DNA of 33,445 nucleotides from a virus (Duplodnaviria; Heunggongvirae; Uroviricota; Caudoviricetes): IMG/VR virus record IMGVR_UViG_3300045988_112031, positions 1 to 33,445 of that record; one strand, 5' to 3'. Shown piece by piece: positions 19,191 to 27,581 of this stretch (position 1 is its first letter; each line of letters starts with the position of its first letter). The notes under the pieces were generated by a model. It saw only the letters and a program-made list of their open reading frames with translations, ran no database searches and was not told where the DNA came from. The position numbers and the translations under genes were made by a program.

Positions 19191-19801
19191 ACCAGCAGCA
19201 CCGCCCGCGCCCTGTTGTATCGGACCTTACGATCCTCAATACCGTTCAGACCGCCGTTAATAATGCGCGTAACACGGTTAATATCGGCACCGTAGATCAT
19301 GCAGCCTTTAGAGGTGTAGAACCATGCAGCTGAGCGCGCCGCCTGTAGTTCCTGTTCCAGTTGTTCAGGTGAAGTCACCAGATCTAACTTCAGCGCCGCG
19401 CCACAGATGCGATAATTATGGAGGCCTGTGATTTGAATTAATCCTCTACCACGATATTTCCAGCCATCACCTGGTGCTTTGTTACCCAGTCGGTTGCTAT
19501 ACACCAGATTGGCAATAGCATCCTGACGAGCTGCATGTCCGGATGTTCTGCCAAGGGCATCAGCCTGCTGCTGTGTGATCCTCTTTCCGAACGTCGCCAC
19601 CAGCGCAGATGGTGTGTAGTTAAAATTTTCAACTACGGCGCTAAACCCCATCGACTCATGGCCTATCTGAGCGATAAACATTGCCTGATCCGCTGGTGCT
19701 GTAATGCCGAATTCCTTCATCGCCGCATCAATATGCGGAAACCAGCGCGCAGCCAGTTCGGCGCTAATACCAGCCGCCTTTTGAAATAATTGTTGGTTCA
19801 T
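19187..19801 (-). CDS. endolysin, glycoside hydrolase family 19 (chitinase-like)
   Basis: 204 aa with ..FIAQIGHESMGF.. and ..YRGRGLIQITGLHNY.., recalled as GH19-type phage endolysin signatures. Confidence 0.85.
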   Translation of the reverse strand: MNQQLFQKAAGISAELAARWFPHIDAAMKEFGITAPADQAMFIAQIGHESMGFSAVVENFNYTPSALVATFGKRITQQQADALGRTSGHAARQDAIANLVYSNRLGNKAPGDGWKYRGRGLIQITGLHNYRICGAALKLDLVTSPEQLEQELQAARSAAWFYTSKGCMIYGADINRVTRIINGGLNGIEDRKVRYNRARAVLLV

Positions 19802-20082
19802 TAGTGCCTCAGATGATCAACCAGACGTGCAACGTTGCCTCTGACGGCCACCAGCACGGAAAGAAAAATAGTGTTCGCCACGATAATGGGCCATGAGGAA
19901 TGGGGATAAATCCCACAGAGATAGGCCAACGGAACAGCACTGTATGTAACAGTAATCAGCCAGGCTAAACGTGAAACCCAAGGACGATGCCGCGAATCAC
20001 CACGACGATAAAACATCAGAGTAATAACAACACAAGCACATAACAGCGCATTTATAGTTGCTGTCGGGTCATTTAGCTCCAC
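19801..20082 (-). CDS. small membrane protein, holin or antiholin-like
   Basis: 93 aa with 2-3 hydrophobic helices directly upstream of the endolysin. Confidence 0.45.
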   Translation of the reverse strand: MELNDPTATINALLCACVVITLMFYRRGDSRHRPWVSRLAWLITVTYSAVPLAYLCGIYPHSSWPIIVANTIFLSVLVAVRGNVARLVDHLRH

Positions 20083-20455
20083 CTGAACCTCCCCGGCGCG
20101 TTATGAGCGCCACCAGCGAGCCGATATCCTGATTATTCAGGAACGTCAGGATTTTAACGGCTAAAGCAGAGACGATTACGGCACCAATAGCATCCAGAGG
20201 TTTATCACTGTATCCGGTCAAGTTCGCCAGCTTGGAGCCAACCAACCCAGAGCAAAGGATCCCGGCAATATATGACACGATAAAATATGCCAGTCGGCGC
20301 GATGCACTCAGATCTGCTGCTGTTGCTATGTAGAATACAGTCCCTGCAAATGCGCCAAATACAACGCCGTAATCAGTTCCGGTCAGCAGTCCATAAACAC
20401 TGGCACCCGTCAGGGCACCACCAGCCAGCCCAGTACCGGAAATTGGATCGGACAT
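20069..20455 (-). CDS. putative holin (Gly/Ala-rich multi-TM membrane protein)
   Basis: 128 aa with 3-4 predicted TM segments; first gene of the lysis cassette; AAGAGGGGG Shine-Dalgarno. Confidence 0.45.
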   Translation of the reverse strand: MSDPISGTGLAGGALTGASVYGLLTGTDYGVVFGAFAGTVFYIATAADLSASRRLAYFIVSYIAGILCSGLVGSKLANLTGYSDKPLDAIGAVIVSALAVKILTFLNNQDIGSLVALITRRGGSGGAK

Positions 20456-20570
20456 TTAGCCCCCTCTTAATTGCTGTGAGTCCTCTCAGGTATGAGGGGA
20501 AATAGGCTCAGGCTTCACGGGCTGGATATATCAACAAAGCACGTAACGGATGATTCCCGTGATCCTGAAA

Positions 20571-20595
20571 TAAAAAAGCCCCGCTATTACGGGGC
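20571..20595 (-). terminator. intrinsic terminator downstream of the HEPN-like moron
   Basis: Minus strand: GCCCCG-taatag-CGGGGC followed by TTTTTT, about 20 nt after the moron stop. Coordinates approximate. Confidence 0.7.
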
Positions 20596-20615
20596 AGTTA
20601 ATAGAATTATAAAGT

Positions 20616-21257
20616 TTAAAAGTTTAAAGGAACCATAAAGCTACCAGGCTCTGCACCAGCTTCTTTATTTATTTCTTTACGGATTACCTCATTAACCTGA
20701 AAAGCCTCATTGTAAACTTTTTCTAAGTTAATTGACGCCTTCATATTATAGTATGTTTTTTCCTCACAAACATATAACCTTATCGGATATGGCCTAGGGT
20801 TGATTGCCTTCCAGTGGGAGATCACAAAATTATAAACTGCAATACCATGACCTTTCATCTTCCCTGCTGTAACATCAATGTTTAGCTGATCTAAATACTC
20901 ATCGAAGTGTTGCAAGGTGTTTCTCACCCTCACGGAATTAATTTCCTTAATTTCAATATCTTTTATTTTTTGTTGAAGGTAATTACTTCGCTCAATATGC
21001 AATCTGAATTGTTCAGGGGATTCTTCCCTAGTCTTATTTTTAGGAACTGCGATTAGTTTCTTGACGTTAGCCGCATCTGAAAGAATGCTATTTATTAATA
21101 TATGAATATTGTAATCAATTTTAAAGTAGTAACCAGCATCAGGAAGTGGTGTCTCATGAAAGAGCTCTTCACAGCGTGTTTTTATCGAATGAGTTAACAA
21201 CCATAATTCGTGCAAATAAATAAAATTAAGTTTCATTTGCTCAAAGGTTTTTGACAT
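20616..21257 (-). CDS. moron-encoded hypothetical protein (213 aa) with HEPN-like R-x4-H motif; candidate abortive-infection / defence toxin
   Basis: Visibly AT-rich ORF between the Q-pR'-tR' region and the lysis genes; AAGGAGAG Shine-Dalgarno; candidate sigma70 promoter upstream; own terminator downstream; no TM segments; central motif ..SVRVRNTLQHFDEY.. (R-N-x3-H). Confidence 0.6.
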   Translation of the reverse strand: MSKTFEQMKLNFIYLHELWLLTHSIKTRCEELFHETPLPDAGYYFKIDYNIHILINSILSDAANVKKLIAVPKNKTREESPEQFRLHIERSNYLQQKIKDIEIKEINSVRVRNTLQHFDEYLDQLNIDVTAGKMKGHGIAVYNFVISHWKAINPRPYPIRLYVCEEKTYYNMKASINLEKVYNEAFQVNEVIRKEINKEAGAEPGSFMVPLNF

Positions 21258-21590
21258 AGCGAACTCTCCTTTTCAATAGTCCGCTTTTATAGCATTTACA
21301 TAAGGGGCCTGTGAATTACTATTCTGTTGCTTACCACACTCTCGCAGTGGCCGCGCTCATGCCTTTGAGACCGTAGTCAGGGGTATCTCATGAATCCCTC
21401 ACCTCTAACCGGAGAACGATTGGCGATCGTTCTGGAGTACCGGCACACCTCTTCTTTATTAACCCTAACCAGTGTGTGTTGCAGTTCGTACCTGCATCTG
21501 GCTCTCATGGAGACTCGGGACCGCATCACGACTGCGGATTTGCCTATCGGCTGCGGTCTATCCGTTTACTGGTGCATTTTCTTACCCTCC

Positions 21591-21618
21591 AGAAAAGCAA
21601 AAACCCCGCCGAAGCGAG
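21591..21618 (-). terminator. candidate tR' (terminator of the short late leader transcript)
   Basis: Minus strand: CCTCGC-TTCG-GCGGGG hairpin (UUCG tetraloop) followed by TTTTTGCTTTT, about 50-70 nt downstream of the candidate pR'. Coordinates approximate. Confidence 0.55.
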
Positions 21619-21668
21619 GTTTGTTATGATTTCGTTAACGGCAGACATACAAAGCCCATCGTTAGGAA

Positions 21669-21697
21669 AATCCTAACCAGATTTTTTGAAAAATGCA
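21669..21697 (-). promoter_or_regulatory. candidate late promoter pR' (with the expected qut region) downstream of Q
   Basis: Minus strand: TTGCAT, 17-bp spacer, TAGGAT, located 30-60 bp after the Q stop codon, as in lambdoid late regulation. Coordinates approximate. Confidence 0.45.
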
Positions 21698-21729
21698 AGA
21701 ATCATGTCGCTATCTTCGGCGAAAATCAT

Positions 21730-22482
21730 TTATCTCGTCACTTTTCTTAATTGCGCCTCAGCATATGCTTCTTCCTGCCAGCACTTTGTCACCAGTTTAT
21801 CAATGACATCTGCATATCCTTTGTACCACTGATAATCCGTCAGGTCTGGTACCAGCTTCTGGACATGATGCCGCGCCAGTGTGGTTGGTAAACGGCTAAA
21901 CCGGTTTCCATTGCAACGCCCACAAATCTTATAAACAGGCATGCCATGAAGCCGGGTTCTTTTTTCATCCAGTACAATACCTTTCCCCTTACACCCTCTA
22001 CACGCTGTGCTGACTTCTCCCTTACCATGACAATGCTGACATAGTTCCTTCACCCACTCTTCCTTGATAACAGATTCCCCGCTTCTGGAGTGTTTCACCA
22101 CTTCGCGCAATACATTATGAAATCCAGTACCAGCACAATGCTCACAGCGAGCCTTACTTGCCGCAGACCTGGAATAATCAGCAAAGGCAAAATTCACAAG
22201 GTAAGGGATGATCTGTAACCGGGTTTCTTCACTCAATTTATTCAATGTCGGATTATCCAGTGCCATCGCGTAATTGAGCAGACCTTCAATCGCAAACTGA
22301 GGATCCTGAACACCAACTTTTGCCAGGAATAAGGCAAATCCAAGCGGTGCTTTCGACTGCACCATCCCCTGCGCAGCCATCACATCCGTAATCGTTAAAC
22401 CACCCGAGCCTGTCGCCGGTGCGTCATCGCTCAGTTTTGGAGATTTTGGGGAGTAATATTTTGGTAAGGCTTCAAGGTTCAT
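21730..22482 (-). CDS. Q: late gene antiterminator Q (QuuQ-like)
   Basis: 250 aa; N-terminus MNLEALPKYYSPKSPKLSDDAPATG.. and Cys-rich zinc-binding region (CEHCAGTG..CQHCHGKG..CRGCKGKG) resemble the recalled Qin-prophage Q homologue; followed by promoter and terminator. Confidence 0.7.
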   Translation of the reverse strand: MNLEALPKYYSPKSPKLSDDAPATGSGGLTITDVMAAQGMVQSKAPLGFALFLAKVGVQDPQFAIEGLLNYAMALDNPTLNKLSEETRLQIIPYLVNFAFADYSRSAASKARCEHCAGTGFHNVLREVVKHSRSGESVIKEEWVKELCQHCHGKGEVSTACRGCKGKGIVLDEKRTRLHGMPVYKICGRCNGNRFSRLPTTLARHHVQKLVPDLTDYQWYKGYADVIDKLVTKCWQEEAYAEAQLRKVTR

Positions 22483-22495
22483 GCTCGTTCTCCAC

Positions 22496-23491
22496 TTACG
22501 CCAGTACGCCTATTGCCAGCGCACGATCGATAAAACGAAATATCAGCTCCAGCTGGGAGCCATACTTCTCTTCAAATGCCACGGTATCCGCATGCAGCTC
22601 GTCGTGATGCTTTCTGCACAAAGGCAACACAAAGAGGTCATGCGCTTTTGTACCCATTCCCCCCTGACCGTGGCCTATCAGGTGGTGGGGATCATCAGCA
22701 GGCTTTCCACAACATGCGCACGGCTGTGTCTTAACCCAGCGCGTGTACTTTTCATTAACCCAGCGGCGACGTTTTGGGCGTAACATAAAAGACTCCGGCG
22801 ACTCCGGATCCACTTTCAGCGCCAGCACCTTTTTCGCCTTATCCTGGATGATGCTGGTGGCAGGAACCGAAGGCACAAGGTCACTTTCCCGGGTGACAGA
22901 CGGCACAACAGGATTCGGTAATCTCAGTGCCTTACGGGCTGCACTTTCCGGTAAGGCATCCGCCAGATCATTACGAACCAGCCACCAGCACAGTTCCGGC
23001 ATTGTCACAACGTGACTGTCATCAAAACCGAGATCCCGACGCACAACAGACAACACCCAGCGGGCACAGTTATCCGTTGCCATTGATTCCAGCCGTTCCG
23101 TGAACTGATCGCGCAGCTGGTTATCGCAGTGCCAGCACAGACGGATTGCGCCCGGAGCGTGTCGCATTGTTGTCATGTTCTCGCTGTGCCAGTCGGAATG
23201 AGGCCACTGGCAGCCTTTTTCACGAAGTAACCAGCTTTCAAGACATTCCACGCCACCAGCACGACGGATCACTGCCTCATTGCGGAACACGGCCCGAACA
23301 GCAGGATCATCCGCCAGCGGTTGTGATGCCGCCGGAACGGCACCACTGGCAAAAGATGAATAACGTTCTGGCTCAGGCTCCAGCAGGACACGCCCCTGCA
23401 TAAACAGGGGCATCAGCTCTGAACCGGGTCTGAACAATACGATCCCCATACGCGGGGCAATTTCAGGGGTCAGTAATGCTCTCACGGTCAC
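22496..23491 (-). CDS. DUF968 family protein (YdfU-like)
   Basis: 331 aa; C-terminal ..CACCGKPADDPHHLIGHGQGGMGTKAHDLFVLPLCRKHHDELH.. is an HNH-like Cys/His motif typical of this family; sits next to Q as in Qin-type prophages. Confidence 0.5.
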   Translation of the reverse strand: MTVRALLTPEIAPRMGIVLFRPGSELMPLFMQGRVLLEPEPERYSSFASGAVPAASQPLADDPAVRAVFRNEAVIRRAGGVECLESWLLREKGCQWPHSDWHSENMTTMRHAPGAIRLCWHCDNQLRDQFTERLESMATDNCARWVLSVVRRDLGFDDSHVVTMPELCWWLVRNDLADALPESAARKALRLPNPVVPSVTRESDLVPSVPATSIIQDKAKKVLALKVDPESPESFMLRPKRRRWVNEKYTRWVKTQPCACCGKPADDPHHLIGHGQGGMGTKAHDLFVLPLCRKHHDELHADTVAFEEKYGSQLELIFRFIDRALAIGVLA

Positions 23492-23492
23492 C

Positions 23493-24302
23493 TCAATGAA
23501 CGGTATCGAGCAGCTTTAACAGCTCAGGGAATCGGGATTCGAAGAAATGCGGCTGCGTCTCGCGCGGATTTGCGGGACTGGTGATGTTCTTGCCGAACAT
23601 GCAGCCTTTCGCTGTCAGCGACCAGAATTTTTTGATGTTGTTAATCGAGGTACGGCTGTATCGTTCGCGCTGCTCGACGATCCCCAGCTTCACCATCTGG
23701 TGATATGCCTGATTAGCTGTCAGGCGGATACCATACTGCTTCAGCAGTGCACTCAGTGACAGCGTGGGGCGGCTTGAGCCATCAGGCGCGTCAGCAGGAG
23801 CATCAATGGCATAGCGCGGTGCCAGATTCGGTAAGCCAACAGCCTCCTGGAGTTTCTGACAAGCCCCAAGCACAGATGAGTTAGACAGGTTTAATTCCCG
23901 ACGCATAAAGTCCAGCAGAATCACACCAGCCTGCATCTTGTCAGCAGCCTGCCCGGATAATTTTTCCGGTGCGCTGGTTACCATATCGAAAGTACGGATC
24001 ACCTTCAGATGGAATGACGGGCTGATCCACATTGCATAGGCATACACCAGTTCCTTGCAGACATACGTTCCCCGTTCATTTCCCCCATGAATCACACTCA
24101 CCGGGTCAACACCCAAATTCTGGGTGTTGGTCAATTCATGAACAAGCTCAACAGTTTGTTGGCTGGAAAGAAACTTTCCTGGCTCCTTGGTTCTGGCATT
24201 TGCACCAGATGCTACTGCTGCGCGATGCAGATCGTTCAGGCTGTAACGCCCATAAGCATCACGACGAACTTCAATACCATCAATGACCATCAGATTATTC
24301 AT
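23493..24302 (-). CDS. KilA-N domain protein (putative antirepressor-like)
   Basis: 269 aa; N-terminal ..IDGIEVRRDAYGRYSLNDLHRAA....GTYVCKELVYAYAMWISPSFHLKVIRTF.. resembles the KilA-N domain. Confidence 0.55.
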   Translation of the reverse strand: MNNLMVIDGIEVRRDAYGRYSLNDLHRAAVASGANARTKEPGKFLSSQQTVELVHELTNTQNLGVDPVSVIHGGNERGTYVCKELVYAYAMWISPSFHLKVIRTFDMVTSAPEKLSGQAADKMQAGVILLDFMRRELNLSNSSVLGACQKLQEAVGLPNLAPRYAIDAPADAPDGSSRPTLSLSALLKQYGIRLTANQAYHQMVKLGIVEQRERYSRTSINNIKKFWSLTAKGCMFGKNITSPANPRETQPHFFESRFPELLKLLDTVH

Positions 24303-24321
24303 ACTTCGTTTCTCCTCTTAA

Positions 24322-24711
24322 TCAGGCGGCTGCACCCGCCGGTTTCTCATACTTACTGATAGTGATCTCGACCTTCCCTTTCGGGATAACCGGTCCCCAC
24401 TCCACCAGCATTCTTTTCACCTGTCTGTCGTCTTCCCACACACCCGCGTGGGTCAGGGCGTCAAACAGCGCCTTGTTATAGTTGTCCAGATCGCGGATCC
24501 GGTTATCCGGAGGAAACAACACGATCTCCACTGAAGCAGGTGCCGACGTTGGTTTCGGCAGACGACGTAACTGCTCAATGATGGCGGCACACGCCGCGCT
24601 CTGAAATTTTCGCCCCGCCTCGCTTATCAGGCTCTTACCAGCAAATGCCCCTTTGTTGGGGTGTCGCCAGTACGTGTTCACGCTGGGCGGAAAAGGCAGT
24701 ATTAGCTTCAT
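24322..24711 (-). CDS. rusA: RusA-type Holliday junction resolvase
   Basis: 129 aa; ..LPFPPSVNTYWRH.. start and ..RIRDLDNYNKALFDALTHAGVWEDDRQV.. core match recalled RusA signatures; nin-region position. Confidence 0.7.
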   Translation of the reverse strand: MKLILPFPPSVNTYWRHPNKGAFAGKSLISEAGRKFQSAACAAIIEQLRRLPKPTSAPASVEIVLFPPDNRIRDLDNYNKALFDALTHAGVWEDDRQVKRMLVEWGPVIPKGKVEITISKYEKPAGAAA

Positions 24712-25361
24712 GCCACCATCTCCCTGACCAGTTTTTCCGCCTGCTGGCGAACCTGCGCCAGAAATGCCTCACCACATGCCTCAAGTTCATCGCGCCCGAT
24801 GTAGCTGATTGCCGGTCCCTTCCAGATCTTGTCGAAAACAGCAATAGCACCAGCGAAGAAAGCACCTGTTGGCACCTGCTTTTCGTCTTTCGGGATAAAC
24901 CAGGCAGGCAGTTCAAAACCAATACGCCCGCGAATAAAAGCAATATGATCTGCATCTTCCGGCCACCACACTTCGCTGGTGGCAGCTTTGATCAGGAAAA
25001 CATAGCGCCCGCCTTTATCACGCATGGCACTGGCATGCTTCATGATGTAACGCATGCCGGTGATGTATTGCCCCTCATGCTGACTGGCGCGGCTGTACGG
25101 GGGATTGCCAAAGGCAGCACCTTTAAGCTCCGCAAGACGTTCTGACCAGTCATGCGCCAGCGCGTTGTCTTCCGCCGTGTAATACGCGGCACATTTGGCG
25201 TTATCACCGTCAGTGAACAGATCCAGAACAAACGAACCAAACAAGGTGTTAATTCCCCAGAAAATGTTGTCCGGCGTGCGCCACTGATCGCCCACTTCCT
25301 TCAGTTCATGGGCTGGTTTGTTCCGCAGTTCTACCAGCGCCTGGCAATATTTATTACTCAT
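24708..25361 (-). CDS. phage DNA N6-adenine methyltransferase (Dam-type)
   Basis: 217 aa with NPPY motif (..AAFGNPPYSRAS..); overlaps rusA start (ATGA). Confidence 0.7.
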   Translation of the reverse strand: MSNKYCQALVELRNKPAHELKEVGDQWRTPDNIFWGINTLFGSFVLDLFTDGDNAKCAAYYTAEDNALAHDWSERLAELKGAAFGNPPYSRASQHEGQYITGMRYIMKHASAMRDKGGRYVFLIKAATSEVWWPEDADHIAFIRGRIGFELPAWFIPKDEKQVPTGAFFAGAIAVFDKIWKGPAISYIGRDELEACGEAFLAQVRQQAEKLVREMVA

Positions 25362-25453
25362 TAAGCCCCCACGTAAAAAGCATCCGCAATGTCTCCGGAA
25401 GTACAGCCCGGATGGGCTTCAATGAATTTCTGAACGTCATTTAACAGACTCAT
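25361..25453 (-). CDS. small ORF (30 aa), translationally coupled between replication gene and dam
   Basis: Hand translation MSLLNDVQKFIEAHPGCTSGDIADAFYVGA; AGGGGG Shine-Dalgarno 5 nt upstream; stop overlaps the dam ATG (TAATG). Confidence 0.3.
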   Translation of the reverse strand: MSLLNDVQKFIEAHPGCTSGDIADAFYVGA

Positions 25454-25455
25454 GA

Positions 25456-26382
25456 TCACCCCCTGAATCCTGCCGGGATCTGGCTGTAGTCCACGTTGTC
25501 GTAACTGGCTTTGAAGTACGGGTCTTCACGTTTTTCTGTGTACGTACTTACGGACGGCGATAAGCGCAGGGAAAGCTCATCCCATTTTTCCCGCAGCTTC
25601 GACGGGCTGAGCACGTTACGGCACCAGAACGGATCGCGGCTGACGCGGCTGTACATCTCGCAGATTTGTTTGTGAGTACGACCATCCTGCACACACATCA
25701 GGCGAATTTCGTTTGCCCAGGCTGTCCAGTTCGGTTCTTTGGGACGAACCACCTCGCCGTCACATTCGGCAGCCTGCTCGTACAGGGCGATGATTTTTTT
25801 CCAGAGCCACTGTGCGCAGGTCAAATCATCCTGCGTCCCCCACTGGCGCTTTTTAGGGCTGAATACAACCGCATCAGGATGGCGAGTTAAAAAATCCTGT
25901 TCAGCCGTCTGCGTGTCCGGTTGCGAAGCGTCCGGACGAGAAGGTTTTTTATCTGACGGATCATGTTTTGATTTTACTGACGGATCCCCGCCAGATTCTG
26001 ACGGGTGAAAACCCGCTTTTTTGCCAGATTTCGACGCATCAAATTTTGACGGGTCAGATTTTGACGGGTCAGAATCTGACAGTTGAGAAAATGCCGCTGC
26101 CTGAAGCTTCGCAACGTTAAGCTGATAAACATTCGACGCATTGCGGTTACCCTGGCGACGCGCCTTACGCGTTAACCAGCCTTCTGCTTCCAGCCGTGCG
26201 ATAGCCGTTCTGACGGTACTCATCCCCGCGCCAATCTGGCGGGCAATGGTTTCAATTGATGGCCAGCACACACCTTCGTCATTACTGAAATCAGCCAGGC
26301 GGGCCATAATTGCCACGCTGGATAACTTCATGCCTGACGCAGCGCAACCATCCCATACATAGCCGGTTAATTTGGTGCTCAC
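25456..26382 (-). CDS. replication initiator / replisome organiser (HTH N-terminus, lambda O-like organisation)
   Basis: 308 aa; N-terminal winged-HTH-like region (..CWPSIETIARQIGAGMSTVRTAIARLEAEGWL..); central low-complexity DPSK-repeat linker encoded by iteron-like DNA repeats; C-terminal domain. Confidence 0.6.
   Translation of the reverse strand: MSTKLTGYVWDGCAASGMKLSSVAIMARLADFSNDEGVCWPSIETIARQIGAGMSTVRTAIARLEAEGWLTRKARRQGNRNASNVYQLNVAKLQAAAFSQLSDSDPSKSDPSKFDASKSGKKAGFHPSESGGDPSVKSKHDPSDKKPSRPDASQPDTQTAEQDFLTRHPDAVVFSPKKRQWGTQDDLTCAQWLWKKIIALYEQAAECDGEVVRPKEPNWTAWANEIRLMCVQDGRTHKQICEMYSRVSRDPFWCRNVLSPSKLREKWDELSLRLSPSVSTYTEKREDPYFKASYDNVDYSQIPAGFRG
25950..26085. repeat. iteron-like direct repeats inside the replication initiator gene (candidate ori)
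   Basis: At least six copies of a TGACGG(G/A)TCA core (two perfect TTTTGACGGGTCAGA copies in tandem) spaced 15-24 bp; equivalent to lambda ori lying within gene O. Confidence 0.45.
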
Positions 26383-27233
26383 TTACGCACCTCCTTATGC
26401 TTTTCGTTCAGTTCCGAGTCCACCAGCCCGGCAACGAATACACCATCGTTGATGTAGTCGTAGAGCGATGAAGCCAGCGGAGACTGAACTGAAACCAGCA
26501 TCGGATAAAGTTGTTCTAACCAAACGCGGTGAATTTCAGCCATGTAGAGGTAAACAACGTGGGCATTGTGCGCGACACATGAAGTATCAACCTTTCCGAT
26601 CAGCGCCTGTTCCATCTGGTTAAAGGCCGTTATGTACGCTTCTTTGAAACGTGCAGCGCGCTTGCCTGTGAAGCCCATAGCCAGAAACGCGAAACCATCA
26701 CGGGTAATTTGGTAGCAAGGGAGCTTGCGTGTACCGCCGTTTGGCTGATTGACTGAAATTGATGTCTCCGCAAAATTTCGGGCACGAAACTCAGGTGAGC
26801 ACTCAAGCGTACGGATCTTTTTCAGAACATCGTCATGACGCTTGGCGAAGTAGTCAGCAATAGCTAGGGAAGAAGTAACGGCCAGGCCGTTGATAACCGT
26901 AATTTCAGGTTGTGCGAGGGTTGGGATAGTAGTCATCACGACAGCCCCTGTGGAATGATTTGGACAATCACCACCACAGACGCCAATCTGACTGGTGGTG
27001 AACCGAACAGGGTTGGCGTAACCGGCTTCCACAGATACCGGCGCATCTTTCGATGCCCCTGCCCGGCCCACCATAATCTGGATGTAGCCTTGCATTGCAC
27101 ACAAAAAAACCGCTTTAGCGCGGTTGTGCGCTGTGGAAAATTCCGGGACGCCAATCCCGGCAACGGATTTTGCCGCTGCTAGAACAATATAACGCCCAGA
27201 ATTATCAGAATCAATCATTACTGGTTTGCTCAT
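26379..27233 (-). CDS. Rha-domain phage regulatory protein
   Basis: 284 aa; central ..ITVINGLAVTSSLAIADYFAKRHDDVLKKIRTL....GGTRKLPCYQITRDGFAFLAMGFTGKRAARFKEAYITAFNQMEQ.. resembles the Rha family. Confidence 0.55.
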   Translation of the reverse strand: MSKPVMIDSDNSGRYIVLAAAKSVAGIGVPEFSTAHNRAKAVFLCAMQGYIQIMVGRAGASKDAPVSVEAGYANPVRFTTSQIGVCGGDCPNHSTGAVVMTTIPTLAQPEITVINGLAVTSSLAIADYFAKRHDDVLKKIRTLECSPEFRARNFAETSISVNQPNGGTRKLPCYQITRDGFAFLAMGFTGKRAARFKEAYITAFNQMEQALIGKVDTSCVAHNAHVVYLYMAEIHRVWLEQLYPMLVSVQSPLASSLYDYINDGVFVAGLVDSELNEKHKEVRK

Positions 27234-27402
27234 GATCGTCCCTTATCTCCCTGAACTTTTGCCTGAAATGCTCAAGCGGGCTGAAGCACTCATGCTCATA
27301 GCCTTCGCGGAGGTAGATAACCCGTTGTGTTTCCGGCTCCCAACGAATGACTCTGACGAGCACTCCGTAGTGATCTTTGAACCAGCGGTTAACTTGTCGC
27401 AA
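27211..27402 (-). CDS. small hypothetical protein (63 aa), TTG start
   Basis: AAGGAGA Shine-Dalgarno about 7 nt upstream of TTG; overlaps the 3' end of ORF 27243-27581 in another frame. Confidence 0.4.
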   Translation of the reverse strand: MRQVNRWFKDHYGVLVRVIRWEPETQRVIYLREGYEHECFSPLEHFRQKFREIRDDHEQTSND

Positions 27403-27581
27403 AGGACTGTCTCCTTCTGCCGGTTGAAATCACCCACAGCCCACTCTGCAAAGCTGTGGGTTACAATTTCCCTGTCACCTGGTACATTCACTGCATAGCA
27501 ATACTCCACCTTCGCTTTTCCACCCGGTACAGGAAGCGCAATCAGTTGCGAGCGACGGTAGTGTGTTGTTAAACTGTTCAT
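27243..27581 (-). CDS. hypothetical protein (112 aa; C-terminal third possibly non-coding)
   Basis: ATG overlaps the stop of the upstream gene (ATGA); the C-terminal 50 codons are Ser/Ala low-complexity and overlap ORF 27211-27402. Confidence 0.35.
   Translation of the reverse strand: MNSLTTHYRRSQLIALPVPGGKAKVEYCYAVNVPGDREIVTHSFAEWAVGDFNRQKETVLCDKLTAGSKITTECSSESFVGSRKHNGLSTSAKAMSMSASARLSISGKSSGR

Noticed and set aside
21258-21590. Possible tRNA gene(s) between Q and the lysis region, as in Stx-type lambdoid phages
   Set aside because: The only T-arm-like hairpin (TGCAG-TTCGTAC-CTGCA near 21476-21496) lacks the conserved A in the loop, and no acceptor stem or CCA end could be built around it; a tRNAscan-SE run would settle it.
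21390-21750. Three overlapping plus-strand ORFs (21390-21629, 21472-21750, 21476-21676)
   Set aside because: They sit in the Q-to-moron intergenic region that carries the candidate pR' / tR' elements, overlap each other in different frames and lack ribosome-binding sites.
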